This document shows positions 18,633 through 28,747 of a DNA stretch of 64,000 bases, piece after piece. Each line of letters opens with the position of its first letter. The first letter of the stretch is position 1. The notes beneath the pieces are model-generated. The model made no database searches and was not told the DNA's origin. It saw nothing but the letters and a program-made list of their open reading frames with translations. The DNA is from Escherichia phage VerenaGrendelmeier_Bas101, in the sequence record PQ850631.1; one strand, 5' to 3'. Made by a program: the position numbers and the translations under genes.

Positions 18633-21371
18633 ATGCAAAAGTTTGACACAAACCTGTTGCAAAACCTTAAGTGGATGCAGAACAATGCACCAAACATTAC
18701 ATCTTTGGTGCAAAAGAAAAGTGACTGGTATGAAAGATACCAAGATCAGTTTTGGACTGACTGGTACAATAACATTTTTAACATTGACACTTGTGATGCA
18801 ATGGGCATTTATATTTGGTGCGACATTCTTTGCATACCAAGAGACTTTGTGGACTTAAGCAATTATGAGCACAACTGGGCGTTTGGACCGACGCGCGACA
18901 ACTTTGAAGGTGCGGACAACATCGGCGGCAACTTCTTTGGTGCTGGCGGGAAGGTTGTAAAGAATATCGAAGAAGCGCGCATACTTCTTAAGCTTCGTTA
19001 TCTGACGCTTACAAGTGATGGCCGCATCGAAAGTATCAACCGCATGCTTAAGTGGATTTTTAACCGTGGAGAGGCTTGGGATTACTCTTCATCACGCTAC
19101 GCATATGTGACCGACAATACTCAAGGTGCGGTGTCTTCATCTGAATCAACAAATGGCTCATTCCTTCTGTACGACTGGCAAGGGTCAACTGAGATTCAGC
19201 ATGATTATAAGCAGATACTTTTAAGCCATGGCAACAACGCCGGGCTGACCATCAGCGGAGTGTCAGGCGCCGTGTCACGGATGGCGCACCCAGATTGGTA
19301 CTCATGGGGGAATGGCTCCGGCACAGGTCTTGTCGGCGGCGACACCAGACAGTATGGCGGCCCTGATTACTATGGACAGTTGTGTGGTGATTACCCAGGC
19401 GAGGCCATAGAGAATTTTGCCAACGCAGTAAGGGTAGTCAAGACTGCTTCAAGCGGTGAGCCTGTGTATTCTTTGGCAAATAATCCAAGCGCCCAATCCA
19501 TTGCGCTTCCTTCGCAGGCTGGCGTTAACGTTTGTTATAGCTTCTACATAAAGGTGCTTTCTGAAAATGTCGCTTCTGTTTCGGTTACAGAGAATAGTGA
19601 TGCATCGAGTAATGGAAAGCTGTTTGACCCCGTCACTGGCCAGTTCAACTTGGACCCGTCATTGAGCTATTTCATCAAAGGCAAATTCGATGGAGTAAGA
19701 AGGGAATCAAACCGTGGTGGCATAAAAGCAATTGGCGGCGATTGGTATCGAATCTGGATTGTAGAGCAGACGGCAACCGCTGCTTCTGGAGTAAGTACCA
19801 GCTTTTCAATAGAGTTGAAGGCGACTGCCGCTGGATCAACTCAAACTCGTGAATTGCCTGAAGGGTCTGATGCTCTTTTGTTTGGATACTCGATTTGCGT
19901 CTGCGACCCTGTTCAGAATCCAAATGGACCTGAGCCTTATTTTTATGGAACGCAAAACCCTCCTTCTGACGGAACAGCAATCCTGTCTGTAACGGCGGGA
20001 ACACTCAATAACATCTCCTGTGCAAACGGACCGCTGACGACAAGAAACGGTGTAGTTGGCGAGTCATTCATGCAACCTGGCTCATCACTTGCATACTCTG
20101 GCTCAATCGGCGGCTACCCGTACCCAGGGAACGCCACGCTGATTGCAGAGACTGATGGAATCAGACGCTCATGGAACGTTAGCAGGCTGGATGGAGTACC
20201 GCCGCCGCCGACCGCCGACTATTACATGGAATACGTCATCGGACCTTATTTCGCCAACAACCTGTCTGACAACTTTAAGACGCTAGTTGGTGACAGGAAT
20301 GAAGGATTCTTGCCAGCAAATGCCGGAATACGCTGGCAGCTTTACCAAGAAGTCGCAGACTTATCTGATATTGATTTGACTGTCAGCGACATAACAGACA
20401 CGCGCGTAGGATTTGAAACGGAAGGTGTTGCGTGGATTAACACTGACGGTATCATCAGAGTTGGCGGCATCAACGAGTGGCCGCTGAACAACTTCAACGG
20501 TGTGATACGCCAGCTTGAATCTTTGAAAGGTGTAAACCAGGTCGTCGACGGCGCGCTTGTCAACGACTATTCAATCTCAAAAGCATCAAGAGATGACTTT
20601 GGTCGTGAAATACCACGCGCGGCAATCACTAACTATTGGCGCTACACACAGCCAAATGACGGTACATCTTTTGGCAATATCATTGAGGATGGCGCAAACA
20701 CTGTCACAGCGATGCCAATCAGCGGTGTGCCCAACCAGTTCCCATCATTCAAGCTTTCCGCTACAATAGGGACTGTGCCAACGTCCGGTTATGCACGCGC
20801 TGTACTTGCTACTAAATACACTGGCACCCTGACTGGCCCTTTGTCATTTATCGCAATAGTCAAAAACAACACGGTTAACGGTCAAAAACTTTTTGTAACT
20901 GTACCGGATGGGATGGGCGGCTATATCCCTAAATTCTACAACATAGGCGCAGGTGATTTGCAACGTATCGAAATTGACCTTGCCGCTGAGATTGTTGAAG
21001 GCGCTACCTGGGATGGATCAACAGGCGGCATCAGCATCGGTTTGATATCAGGGAAAGACTTGCCGACCGAAGTTGGTACTACTCTTGAACTTGATATTTT
21101 AAGCTTGATGCTTGTGTCTGGTAGTACGATGAATGCGCTTGCAATTTCAACAAGCGAAGATTTCGCAAAGAAAACTGCGACTTCTATATACATCAAAAAC
21201 CCAGGATCACTTGCCACTGGAGTTCAATTGATTGCTTCTAATGGTGATGTTGTAGCAACAGTAAACTTTCCGAGAAGTGCTGCTGGTGGTTATGTTTCAA
21301 GCATGAACATAACTGACTTAACTGGTGATTGGGCATCGACCCTTTTATCAAAAATTAAATACATCGTGTAG
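18633..21371 (+). CDS. large baseplate wedge / tail fiber-associated protein
   Basis: 912 aa, GAGGA RBS, position between baseplate J and fiber. Confidence 0.45.
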   Translation: MQKFDTNLLQNLKWMQNNAPNITSLVQKKSDWYERYQDQFWTDWYNNIFNIDTCDAMGIYIWCDILCIPRDFVDLSNYEHNWAFGPTRDNFEGADNIGGNFFGAGGKVVKNIEEARILLKLRYLTLTSDGRIESINRMLKWIFNRGEAWDYSSSRYAYVTDNTQGAVSSSESTNGSFLLYDWQGSTEIQHDYKQILLSHGNNAGLTISGVSGAVSRMAHPDWYSWGNGSGTGLVGGDTRQYGGPDYYGQLCGDYPGEAIENFANAVRVVKTASSGEPVYSLANNPSAQSIALPSQAGVNVCYSFYIKVLSENVASVSVTENSDASSNGKLFDPVTGQFNLDPSLSYFIKGKFDGVRRESNRGGIKAIGGDWYRIWIVEQTATAASGVSTSFSIELKATAAGSTQTRELPEGSDALLFGYSICVCDPVQNPNGPEPYFYGTQNPPSDGTAILSVTAGTLNNISCANGPLTTRNGVVGESFMQPGSSLAYSGSIGGYPYPGNATLIAETDGIRRSWNVSRLDGVPPPPTADYYMEYVIGPYFANNLSDNFKTLVGDRNEGFLPANAGIRWQLYQEVADLSDIDLTVSDITDTRVGFETEGVAWINTDGIIRVGGINEWPLNNFNGVIRQLESLKGVNQVVDGALVNDYSISKASRDDFGREIPRAAITNYWRYTQPNDGTSFGNIIEDGANTVTAMPISGVPNQFPSFKLSATIGTVPTSGYARAVLATKYTGTLTGPLSFIAIVKNNTVNGQKLFVTVPDGMGGYIPKFYNIGAGDLQRIEIDLAAEIVEGATWDGSTGGISIGLISGKDLPTEVGTTLELDILSLMLVSGSTMNALAISTSEDFAKKTATSIYIKNPGSLATGVQLIASNGDVVATVNFPRSAAGGYVSSMNITDLTGDWASTLLSKIKYIV

Positions 21372-21381
21372 AGGAACGGCA

Positions 21382-23169
21382 ATGCCAACACTTATTAACA
21401 GACCTTTCGCGCAAAGCGGTGATGTATCCGTGGTGCCGGATGCAAGTCCAAGCGGTTATGTGAACTTCCAGCGCGGCTACACCCCTGACTATGCACTTGC
21501 GCTGGAAGCCGGAAACGTAGCCGCGAAAGCAGTTGAACGTGAGTCGATGAACTGGTTGCTGAATCTGATCACCGACAACCTTATGTTCATACAGGACCAC
21601 GGCGCTCAACAGTATTTCTCGTCTGACTTGAAGCCAGATGGATACCCGAAAAATGCCATCGTTGTCAGCAACTCTGGCACCCCTTCAGCGCCTGAATGGC
21701 GCATTTTCCAGAGTGTGGTAGACGGCAACACCAGCGCAGTCCCAGCTAACGGCGAAACGGAATCTTGGCAGGAATTGACGCTGCCTAGCGAAGCGAGAAA
21801 ATATATTCCTATGCCTGCTGGCGGCGATGCGCAAAACCCGTATTTTGTTCGCGGACTGATTTCAAACTTTGTGGACTTTGATAATATCACGACTTCCACA
21901 ACTATTGTCATTCAATCTGATGCCGTTGCCGCTCTCTGCTCTAACATCCCGAATGCGGTTGGTGCGACGAAGGTTGCAGGACGTCTCCAGGTTTGCGCTT
22001 GGCAGGTTGATGCGCAGACTTTCGCCCTGCAACAATACACGTCAATGAACGGATATGTTTTCACCCGCTCTTATACGTCTGGTGCTTGGAGTGCTTGGAT
22101 TCAAAATGCAACTGTTCAAGACGTGCAAATCGGCACGCCGAATCTTGCATCAGGTAAAGGCGCACAAGATATAATCCTTACCGTTCCGGCAGGTTATGCA
22201 TGGCCGCCGTCAGCAGGTAGTCGCCTGACAATTGTCAATGATGTAACGACTACCGGACCTGTTACCGTGACCATTGGTGCAAACAAGGTTGCCGTCCTTG
22301 GATTCGACGGCGGCGAGTTGCCAGCAGGGTCCATCGTCGGTCTGCTGCCTTTCACCATTATTTATGACGGAACAGTCTGGCGTCTTCTTCAAGCATTCGG
22401 CGCGGCGCAAATCGGTGTTGATGCTAGTGAGCCGCAACAGTTTGTGACAAAGCGTCAACTCGATGATTTGGCTTCTAAGTTGATCACTATGGGTGATGTA
22501 TTCGAAGTCGGTGAGACTCGATTCTTGACTAATGGCACCAACCCAAACACCAAGCTTGGCGCTTATGGACAGGTGTGGACCAGATTGCCTGATAACATGG
22601 TCATCAGAACATCCGGCACGGCACGAAACGGTCTTGCCACTGGCGGCGCGGACTCCGTCACCCTTACCGCCGCCATGCTTCCTCTGCACAATCACAGCGT
22701 GAACATTACTACGCGACAAAGCGGTCCATGGTCAAATACCACTGGAGATGCGGGCAACCATAACCACACAGGCGATACCAGTCAAAACGGTGCTCACGTG
22801 CACGGAATGGATTCGGCAGGCAACCACCACCATGACAGTAGCTGGGGTGAGGCGAATACGAATGATGCGCGGTATGGCGTGTATGACAATACGCACAACA
22901 ACTTCGGCAGTCGAAAGGGCGGCGACTGGGATAACTACAAATACAACACCTCGACTAACGGCAACCACGTCCACAATATCCAATCTTCTGGGTCACACAC
23001 CCATGGGTTGAATATAAATTACGCTGGCAATCACAGCCATAGCTATACCCTTCCCGCTCACACTCACGATGTGGTCGGTAACACTGGCAACGCAGGGCAG
23101 TCTGTTCCAACGGCTGTCTCAACCCTGCCGCGATATGTCGTCTTGAACGGCTGGTACAGAAGCGCATAA
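21382..23169 (+). CDS. tail fiber protein with C-terminal His-rich HxH repeats
   Basis: GAGGA RBS; C-terminal GNHNHTGDT...AHVHGMD...NHHHD...NHVHNIQ...SHTHGL...NHSHSY...AHTHDV. Confidence 0.65.
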   Translation: MPTLINRPFAQSGDVSVVPDASPSGYVNFQRGYTPDYALALEAGNVAAKAVERESMNWLLNLITDNLMFIQDHGAQQYFSSDLKPDGYPKNAIVVSNSGTPSAPEWRIFQSVVDGNTSAVPANGETESWQELTLPSEARKYIPMPAGGDAQNPYFVRGLISNFVDFDNITTSTTIVIQSDAVAALCSNIPNAVGATKVAGRLQVCAWQVDAQTFALQQYTSMNGYVFTRSYTSGAWSAWIQNATVQDVQIGTPNLASGKGAQDIILTVPAGYAWPPSAGSRLTIVNDVTTTGPVTVTIGANKVAVLGFDGGELPAGSIVGLLPFTIIYDGTVWRLLQAFGAAQIGVDASEPQQFVTKRQLDDLASKLITMGDVFEVGETRFLTNGTNPNTKLGAYGQVWTRLPDNMVIRTSGTARNGLATGGADSVTLTAAMLPLHNHSVNITTRQSGPWSNTTGDAGNHNHTGDTSQNGAHVHGMDSAGNHHHDSSWGEANTNDARYGVYDNTHNNFGSRKGGDWDNYKYNTSTNGNHVHNIQSSGSHTHGLNINYAGNHSHSYTLPAHTHDVVGNTGNAGQSVPTAVSTLPRYVVLNGWYRSA

Positions 23170-23177
23170 GGTGATTT

Positions 23178-23822
23178 ATGATTAATGCAAACGTGATATC
23201 TAAAGGGACCGGATGCAGCATGGATGTCGCAGAGAAATGGGTGGACCCTTTCAAGCAGGCTTGTGAGCACTACGGAATCAAAAGCAAGAACGCCATCGCG
23301 GCGTTGCTTGCAAACGTAGGAGTGGAAACAGGCAGTCTGAAGACATTTGTGGAAAACTTGAATTATTCCGCTCAAGGTCTTGCTAATACATGGCCTAGCC
23401 GTTACAGCGCCAGCGGTCGTTTCGGCGGTGCACCCAACTCCTTGGCATTGTCGATTGCCCGTAAACCAATGGAAATCGCCAATAATACATATGCAAACCG
23501 CATGGGCAACGGTTCGGTAGCATCGGGAGACGGTTGGAAGTACCGTGGCCGTGGTGCCATTCAGCTGACTGGAAAGGATAACTATGCAGATTATTCAAAG
23601 CAATCAGGCTATGACGCATTGAACAATCCTGATATTCTGACTGAACCAAAATACATCGCTGACAGCGCGGCATGGTTCTTTAAGAATAGCGGCTGTATTC
23701 CTCTTGCCGATGCGGGTGCATTTGATTCGACTGTTAAGCGGATTAACGGGGCCGCGCCGAATACGGCTAACCATGGGGATTTGCGACGGAAGCGTTACAA
23801 GGATGCACTAGCAGTTATGTAA
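23178..23822 (+). CDS. endolysin, glycoside hydrolase family 19-like
   Basis: Motif YRGRGAIQLTGKDNYADY and AAWFFKNSG consistent with GH19. Confidence 0.75.
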   Translation: MINANVISKGTGCSMDVAEKWVDPFKQACEHYGIKSKNAIAALLANVGVETGSLKTFVENLNYSAQGLANTWPSRYSASGRFGGAPNSLALSIARKPMEIANNTYANRMGNGSVASGDGWKYRGRGAIQLTGKDNYADYSKQSGYDALNNPDILTEPKYIADSAAWFFKNSGCIPLADAGAFDSTVKRINGAAPNTANHGDLRRKRYKDALAVM

Positions 23823-23823
23823 G

Positions 23824-23854
23824 AAAAAGGCCCATATGGGCCTTTGTTTATTTT
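23824..23854. terminator. bidirectional rho-independent terminator
   Basis: Palindrome GGCCCATATGGGCC flanked by A-tract upstream and T-tract downstream, between convergent genes. Confidence 0.7.
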
Positions 23855-24078
23855 ACGGCTTCAACCTGGACGGGCGGCGCGGAGCTTGTATCAATGTCTG
23901 GCAAGTCGAAGTAATACCCCGCCATGCCAATCACGCCAACAATCGCGGCCCGTGCCACCTTGTTGCTAATTGACTCCCCAATAAGCTTTACCAACAGGGA
24001 CAAGATTTGAGACGTCAAAGCCTTTTTCAGCCTTTTGTTTTCTTCCAAATCTTTCTGCATAACTACCACCCATGTCAA
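23848..24078 (-). CDS. small membrane protein (one TM)
   Basis: Hydrophobic segment AAIVGVIGMAGYYF. Confidence 0.4.
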   Translation of the reverse strand: MTWVVVMQKDLEENKRLKKALTSQILSLLVKLIGESISNKVARAAIVGVIGMAGYYFDLPDIDTSSAPPVQVEAVK

Positions 24079-24617
24079 CGCACATCCTGTGTCTTAACAT
24101 TACCTGAAGCATCTCTTAAGGGCAGTGGATAGTAGGCCATTTGGTAGTCTGATACGCCTTCAACATGATAAAACACGATTACGTCTTTGCTGTTGATGAG
24201 CATGTTAACGACATCTGATTTATCTTCTGGAGTAAGTATGAGTGCGCCGCCTGTCCTGCTGTCTACTGCAACAGGGTATGTCTTGTCGACAAGGCCGCTG
24301 TCCAATGTATTATACCTGACAACGATTTCAGGGGCATCAACTTTTGCAATTGACATTCCGAACACAAACGACACGACTTGGCGACCGCGATCATTCATTA
24401 CGCACATCTTTTCCTTGTCAAACCTTTCCTTTATCACATCGTATTTGTTCCAGCAAAATTCGAACGATTGGCCGTTGTTAAAATATCGAGTTAATACTTT
24501 TGCATTGCTGTTTGGCGGCGTAAACATACTTTCAGCCGCAGCACTTTTGGTGAAGAACAAAACTGTCAGCATAGCCATGATGATGATCAAAACAATCTTT
24601 AAATTTTTTGATTTCAT
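24075..24617 (-). CDS. secreted protein with N-terminal signal peptide
   Basis: MKSKNLKIVLIIIMAMLTVLFFTKSAAAES resembles a Sec signal peptide. Confidence 0.5.
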   Translation of the reverse strand: MKSKNLKIVLIIIMAMLTVLFFTKSAAAESMFTPPNSNAKVLTRYFNNGQSFEFCWNKYDVIKERFDKEKMCVMNDRGRQVVSFVFGMSIAKVDAPEIVVRYNTLDSGLVDKTYPVAVDSRTGGALILTPEDKSDVVNMLINSKDVIVFYHVEGVSDYQMAYYPLPLRDASGNVKTQDVR

Positions 24618-24793
24618 TATAATTCACCTTTTGATTACGAATATTAATAGTATAGGCCGAAGGTTTTGAAAGTAAATAAGGCGAAAGGTAAATAAAAGAA
24701 AAGCCGGAGATTTCCGGCTTTATGTATACACTGCAGATTTAATTCTATAAAACGGCGCGATAGATTATCCGCACCAATTATTTATCCAGTGTC

Positions 24794-25771
24794 TTAAAAA
24801 TACTCCATATCGGTAATATCACGGAAGCATTTATACAAAGCAGAGCGCGGCACATCGACAATGCCAAAGTTAAAGAATTTATATGTAAGATACTTGTTGC
24901 GATAATTCTCGCGATTCTCCCAAAGCATTTTTCTCTCTGCCATAGGCATTGAACCAGCGGAGACGCGGAAAGGAATCATTTCGCCTTTCTCATCAACATA
25001 TTTTGGATTGACGACTACGAATGAGCCAAGGTATCCTTTTGCGACTAATCCTTCAGCCTCTTTTGAACGCTTAGTGCGACCCAACTCATCAATGAATGCT
25101 TCGTTGTTGTTCTCCATCATCTCAACGAAGTCTATGATCAGTCCTTCTTCATCGGTCCACGGCTTGTCCTTCCACACATCACGTGACTTTGGCGTCGCGC
25201 GGCCATGCTTGTATTTACCCGTCCAAGACTTGCCATACAAGCCTTCATAGCCAAGCTGGTCTGCTTCGATTTGCATTGCCGCGTACTGCTCCATATTTTC
25301 GATGTTGCGATATTCGAGAGCGCGAAGGAATGGGCGTCGACCATGGTTGATGAGGTGCTGATTGACTTCAGCAACTCTAGCGCGATAGTTTGCATAACGC
25401 TTTTCAAAAGGCAAATCAGGGTCGCTGAAATCATCAAACACCCACCATGTAAAGTTAGTGATTGCATCAGTATTCATGCATGCAGTATAGGCCTGTTGCA
25501 TGACGTTCTTATCATTTGGATTGCCGTCGATTAGCTCTCCATCAAGTCCGTGAATTAATTCACCCAAGAAGAGGAACTCTTTTTTGATTTGAATGTTTCG
25601 CAGTGCCATGCCGGACGTGCCCATTGGCAAGTTGTCATACGCCATTGCGCGTATGCCATCGACCTTGAATGACAATCCGCAAGGCAGCGGCACGTCTTCG
25701 CCGCGCTCGATTATTTGCTTACGCTGGCAACCCTTCATTGGTTTTAATGCTTTGATTTCTCCTGCCATCAC
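24794..25771 (-). CDS. ATP-dependent DNA ligase
   Basis: Nucleotidyltransferase motif I KVDGIRA; also GELIDG and EGLVAKG. Confidence 0.65.
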   Translation of the reverse strand: MMAGEIKALKPMKGCQRKQIIERGEDVPLPCGLSFKVDGIRAMAYDNLPMGTSGMALRNIQIKKEFLFLGELIHGLDGELIDGNPNDKNVMQQAYTACMNTDAITNFTWWVFDDFSDPDLPFEKRYANYRARVAEVNQHLINHGRRPFLRALEYRNIENMEQYAAMQIEADQLGYEGLYGKSWTGKYKHGRATPKSRDVWKDKPWTDEEGLIIDFVEMMENNNEAFIDELGRTKRSKEAEGLVAKGYLGSFVVVNPKYVDEKGEMIPFRVSAGSMPMAERKMLWENRENYRNKYLTYKFFNFGIVDVPRSALYKCFRDITDMEYF

Positions 25772-26361
25772 TCAAACTCCTTATTCATCACTTGTTCCAG
25801 CGCATAGGCGTAAGCCTGATCAGTCGATTTGATGAATGTGCCGTTGTACATGACACCTTTTCGGTCTTTAATGTCTTCGTAGGCCGCTTGCGCACAGTCG
25901 GATAAGCGAAGGCCATAATCATGAGCTACGCCGGAAAGGTAATCGGATGCGGCCATGATGGTCACGTCAATATCCATGGTCTGATTCTTAGCGATTGCAT
26001 CACCAAGTCGTCCAAGGGTCTTTGCCAGGCGAAGGATAAATGAATGAGGGTGAGCACCTTTATCAGCGCAACCGCCGCCATTAATGTTTTCGATTTCAGT
26101 ACCGTTTTGCGCTGCCAGGATGGTCAACACAACAAGGCAATCGCCGATGTCGTCCTTAATTGCTGCCTGCAAGTCACAGATGGCTTGCTCTGTATATCCA
26201 ATTTCAGGGTCGAAGAACACAAGGTCATGGAGTTGATCAACGTGGTCGGTTAACTCCCCGAACTCGCTGATAAGCTTCGGGTATTGGTCCTTAAGGTCGC
26301 AACCTTGGATGATGTTACGGTCAGAAGCCCACTGGCGAATGTTTGCATAAATCTGTTTCAT
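25768..26361 (-). CDS. MazG-like nucleotide pyrophosphohydrolase
   Basis: IRQWASDRNI, LISEFGELTDHV and IGDCLVVLTILAAQNG match the MazG-type EExxE helical pattern. Confidence 0.5.
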   Translation of the reverse strand: MKQIYANIRQWASDRNIIQGCDLKDQYPKLISEFGELTDHVDQLHDLVFFDPEIGYTEQAICDLQAAIKDDIGDCLVVLTILAAQNGTEIENINGGGCADKGAHPHSFILRLAKTLGRLGDAIAKNQTMDIDVTIMAASDYLSGVAHDYGLRLSDCAQAAYEDIKDRKGVMYNGTFIKSTDQAYAYALEQVMNKEFE

Positions 26362-26876
26362 TTATTTTCCTTTGATGCATTGAATTGATCGATTTTTATT
26401 TTAGCCTGATTATAAGTATCAATCAAGCTATTAACTTTCTCTTTTAATCGATTTGTTTCTGCGGCGAACTGAACAAGAAAACTGACATCTTCTTCTGATA
26501 GTCCACAGTTTCCTTCTGGGATAGAGAGGCGTCCAGTGGTCGCAGAGTCGGGCATACTCCTGAGTAACTCACGGGAGCAGCTGAGTTGCGCGCGCAACTT
26601 GATATTCCCAGACTTGTAACGAGCAATAGTGTCATCAGCAACCAGTTGCGCTTCCTGGCGACCCTTCTCATATGCCGATGCCGATTCAACCTGTAAAGAT
26701 GCAATTTGCTCTTCGAGTGCATTTATCTTGTCCTTACGCTCATTAAGCGATGTCAGATATTGATTATCCTTGACCAGTGATGCGTTGGTTTGCTGCAGGT
26801 CTTCAACGTATGATCCAGCGGCAAACGCGCCAACAAGGGCCAGAATCTTCAGGAGCGGTACAATTCTTTCTATCAT
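26358..26876 (-). CDS. Rz: i-spanin (Rz-like)
   Basis: N-terminal TM (ILALVGAFAAGSYV) followed by coiled-coil periplasmic domain; contains an embedded lipoprotein ORF. Confidence 0.65.
   Translation of the reverse strand: MIERIVPLLKILALVGAFAAGSYVEDLQQTNASLVKDNQYLTSLNERKDKINALEEQIASLQVESASAYEKGRQEAQLVADDTIARYKSGNIKLRAQLSCSRELLRSMPDSATTGRLSIPEGNCGLSEEDVSFLVQFAAETNRLKEKVNSLIDTYNQAKIKIDQFNASKENK
26444..26671 (-). CDS. Rz1: o-spanin (Rz1-like) lipoprotein, embedded in the Rz frame
   Basis: Alternative frame inside 26358-26876: MRRVARKRNWLLMTLLLVTSLGISSC with lipobox Cys; Pro-containing mature part. Confidence 0.55.
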   Translation of the reverse strand: MRRVARKRNWLLMTLLLVTSLGISSCARNSAAPVSYSGVCPTLRPLDASLSQKETVDYQKKMSVFLFSSPQKQID

Positions 26877-26894
26877 GATGCACCAGATAAATAA

Positions 26895-26916
26895 AAGGCC
26901 GCCAATCGGCAGCCTT
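26895..26916 (-). terminator. rho-independent terminator (minus strand)
   Basis: 9-bp stem with one mismatch; minus-strand transcript followed by UUUUAUUUAU. Confidence 0.5.
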
Positions 26917-26933
26917 GTTGATTTGATTGTCGA

Positions 26934-27794
26934 TTAAAACTCTTCTGCGTCGGTCGGAGTTTCATTGACAGGACCAGCGGCACCGCTTGCTTCTTCCTGC
27001 TTGCTGCGGTCAATGTTAACGTTGCCGCCAACTACGTCATTGTGGAATGCCTTGGCGACTTCGTACAGACCTTTATCCTGCACCAGACCTTCCAGCTCAA
27101 ACTTAAGAACTGACCAGGTGTTGCCGTCTTTGGACTGAGATGCAGTGCCCATGCGAACAATGTTCATAAAGGTCGGCGGCGTTTTCAGACCCTGCGGAGT
27201 CTGAACTTTCTTCTGCTGCAGAGCGGTCATCAGCATGCGAGACGGCTTGATCATGGAAGAAGTCAGAGACAGCATTGCGCTACCAAATTCACCAGTTTCT
27301 TCGTTCAACAGAATTACGAAGTGGTTGCGTGTATCTGCGTAGTAAGGCGATTTCTTCTCGTGCACCTTGCCGTTTTCGTCCGGCACGAATACCTTACCGT
27401 TGATCTCAACAGCGCGGCCTGCCGCGACTTCTGCATCAACGTGCTCTTTGGTGAATTCACCTTTAAAGCCTTTATCATCGGACTCGCGACCGCCCCAAAG
27501 GATGAAGGTGCGTTTGAATGCGCAAGGGATGATCTGCACGCCTTTCTTGCCGTCATACAACTCACCAGTAACGGTGTTGTAAAGCATGCCAGCTTTTGCG
27601 CCAGGAACGTGTTTTGGATCATCTTCGTCGACCATAGGAGACATCTTCTGCAGTACGACGATAAAAGGAATGGCATACGCATCGGCATCGGCACCTTCAA
27701 AACCAGCGCCAAAATCGGTCATGTCGACAAAATCAGCCATAGCGGACATCTGGGTGTTTTTCACTGCAACTTCGGTGGTTTCTTTCTTAGACAT
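26934..27794 (-). CDS. putative single-stranded DNA-binding protein (acidic C-terminal tail ending in Phe)
   Basis: 286 aa; C-terminus ...NETPTDAEEF resembles the T7 gp2.5-type acidic tail with terminal aromatic residue. Confidence 0.4.
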   Translation of the reverse strand: MSKKETTEVAVKNTQMSAMADFVDMTDFGAGFEGADADAYAIPFIVVLQKMSPMVDEDDPKHVPGAKAGMLYNTVTGELYDGKKGVQIIPCAFKRTFILWGGRESDDKGFKGEFTKEHVDAEVAAGRAVEINGKVFVPDENGKVHEKKSPYYADTRNHFVILLNEETGEFGSAMLSLTSSMIKPSRMLMTALQQKKVQTPQGLKTPPTFMNIVRMGTASQSKDGNTWSVLKFELEGLVQDKGLYEVAKAFHNDVVGGNVNIDRSKQEEASGAAGPVNETPTDAEEF

Positions 27795-27853
27795 TTGATA
27801 TTTTCCTATAGTATCAAGTTTCGTGGCAACCTGATTTCAAGATAAAGGTTAAA

Positions 27854-28411
27854 TTACTTTTTGCTTTTAGGCAAGGTTATTTTAGCTTCTTTGTATTCAA
27901 AAACGCTAATATCTTCACTAACTGGATTGCCCGCTTCCAGCTGTTCTTTTACAAACGACTTCAGTGTAGCAGAATGAACGCCTTGTTTCAACGTGGCTTC
28001 AACACCATCTTCACGCAGTGCGGCAACAATCTCTTGCGCCTGTTCGATTTCTTCGCGACCGAACTCAGCCGTGACGCTGGACTTGATCAAGCCGCCGTAA
28101 CCGTTGTTGACAAGCCAATCGAAAACTTTTAATTCGTTTTCTTTCTTGATTGAAGCATTCACCTTGGACTCGACTTTGATTTTGGTCTTGTCCTCAAGCT
28201 TGATTTCAGACACACCAAGCTCATCCATTACGCCAGGAAGCAGAACAGTTTTGATTTCACTGATGCGCTGCTTTTGCATATCAGCTTCATCTTCAAGCTC
28301 TGTCAAAGCTTCTTGGCGTTCTGCCAGTTCAGATACTAAGCGCGCAAGGCGCTCTTGAATGCTCTCAGGAGCGACCTGCGGCAAATCATCTTCCCAATTA
28401 ATATTGCTCAT
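27854..28411 (-). CDS. hypothetical protein with N-terminal coiled coil
   Basis: 185 aa, acidic, coiled-coil N-terminus. Confidence 0.4.
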   Translation of the reverse strand: MSNINWEDDLPQVAPESIQERLARLVSELAERQEALTELEDEADMQKQRISEIKTVLLPGVMDELGVSEIKLEDKTKIKVESKVNASIKKENELKVFDWLVNNGYGGLIKSSVTAEFGREEIEQAQEIVAALREDGVEATLKQGVHSATLKSFVKEQLEAGNPVSEDISVFEYKEAKITLPKSKK

Positions 28412-28671
28412 ATTTTACCTTCTTGCATTAGCCCTTCAACACGGGTCATTTGATAACGTTCAGGTTTCCAAGCCGCCAAAGCCTTCTCAGCGCCTTTTAA
28501 GGTTTTATATGCCTTGATGCCAGGCATAATAACGGTATTCACCCCAGCACCGTTGCCATAATCAAACTCTTTAACAACGCGGAACATTCCGTCAATTTCT
28601 TTGACCAAAAGACGTTTGAAAGCGATTGCGCCAGTAGCTTCATTTTTGTAACGTTCAAGGATGCGTACCAT
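28408..28671 (-). CDS. hypothetical protein
   Basis: 87 aa ORF, overlapping stop/start with neighbour. Confidence 0.4.
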   Translation of the reverse strand: MVRILERYKNEATGAIAFKRLLVKEIDGMFRVVKEFDYGNGAGVNTVIMPGIKAYKTLKGAEKALAAWKPERYQMTRVEGLMQEGKI

Positions 28672-28747
28672 TTTGTATTCCTCTGTTTCGTTTCTATGAA
28701 TTAATTATGACTCATCTTCCGTGACAAGTCAAATTATTTTTTTGATA

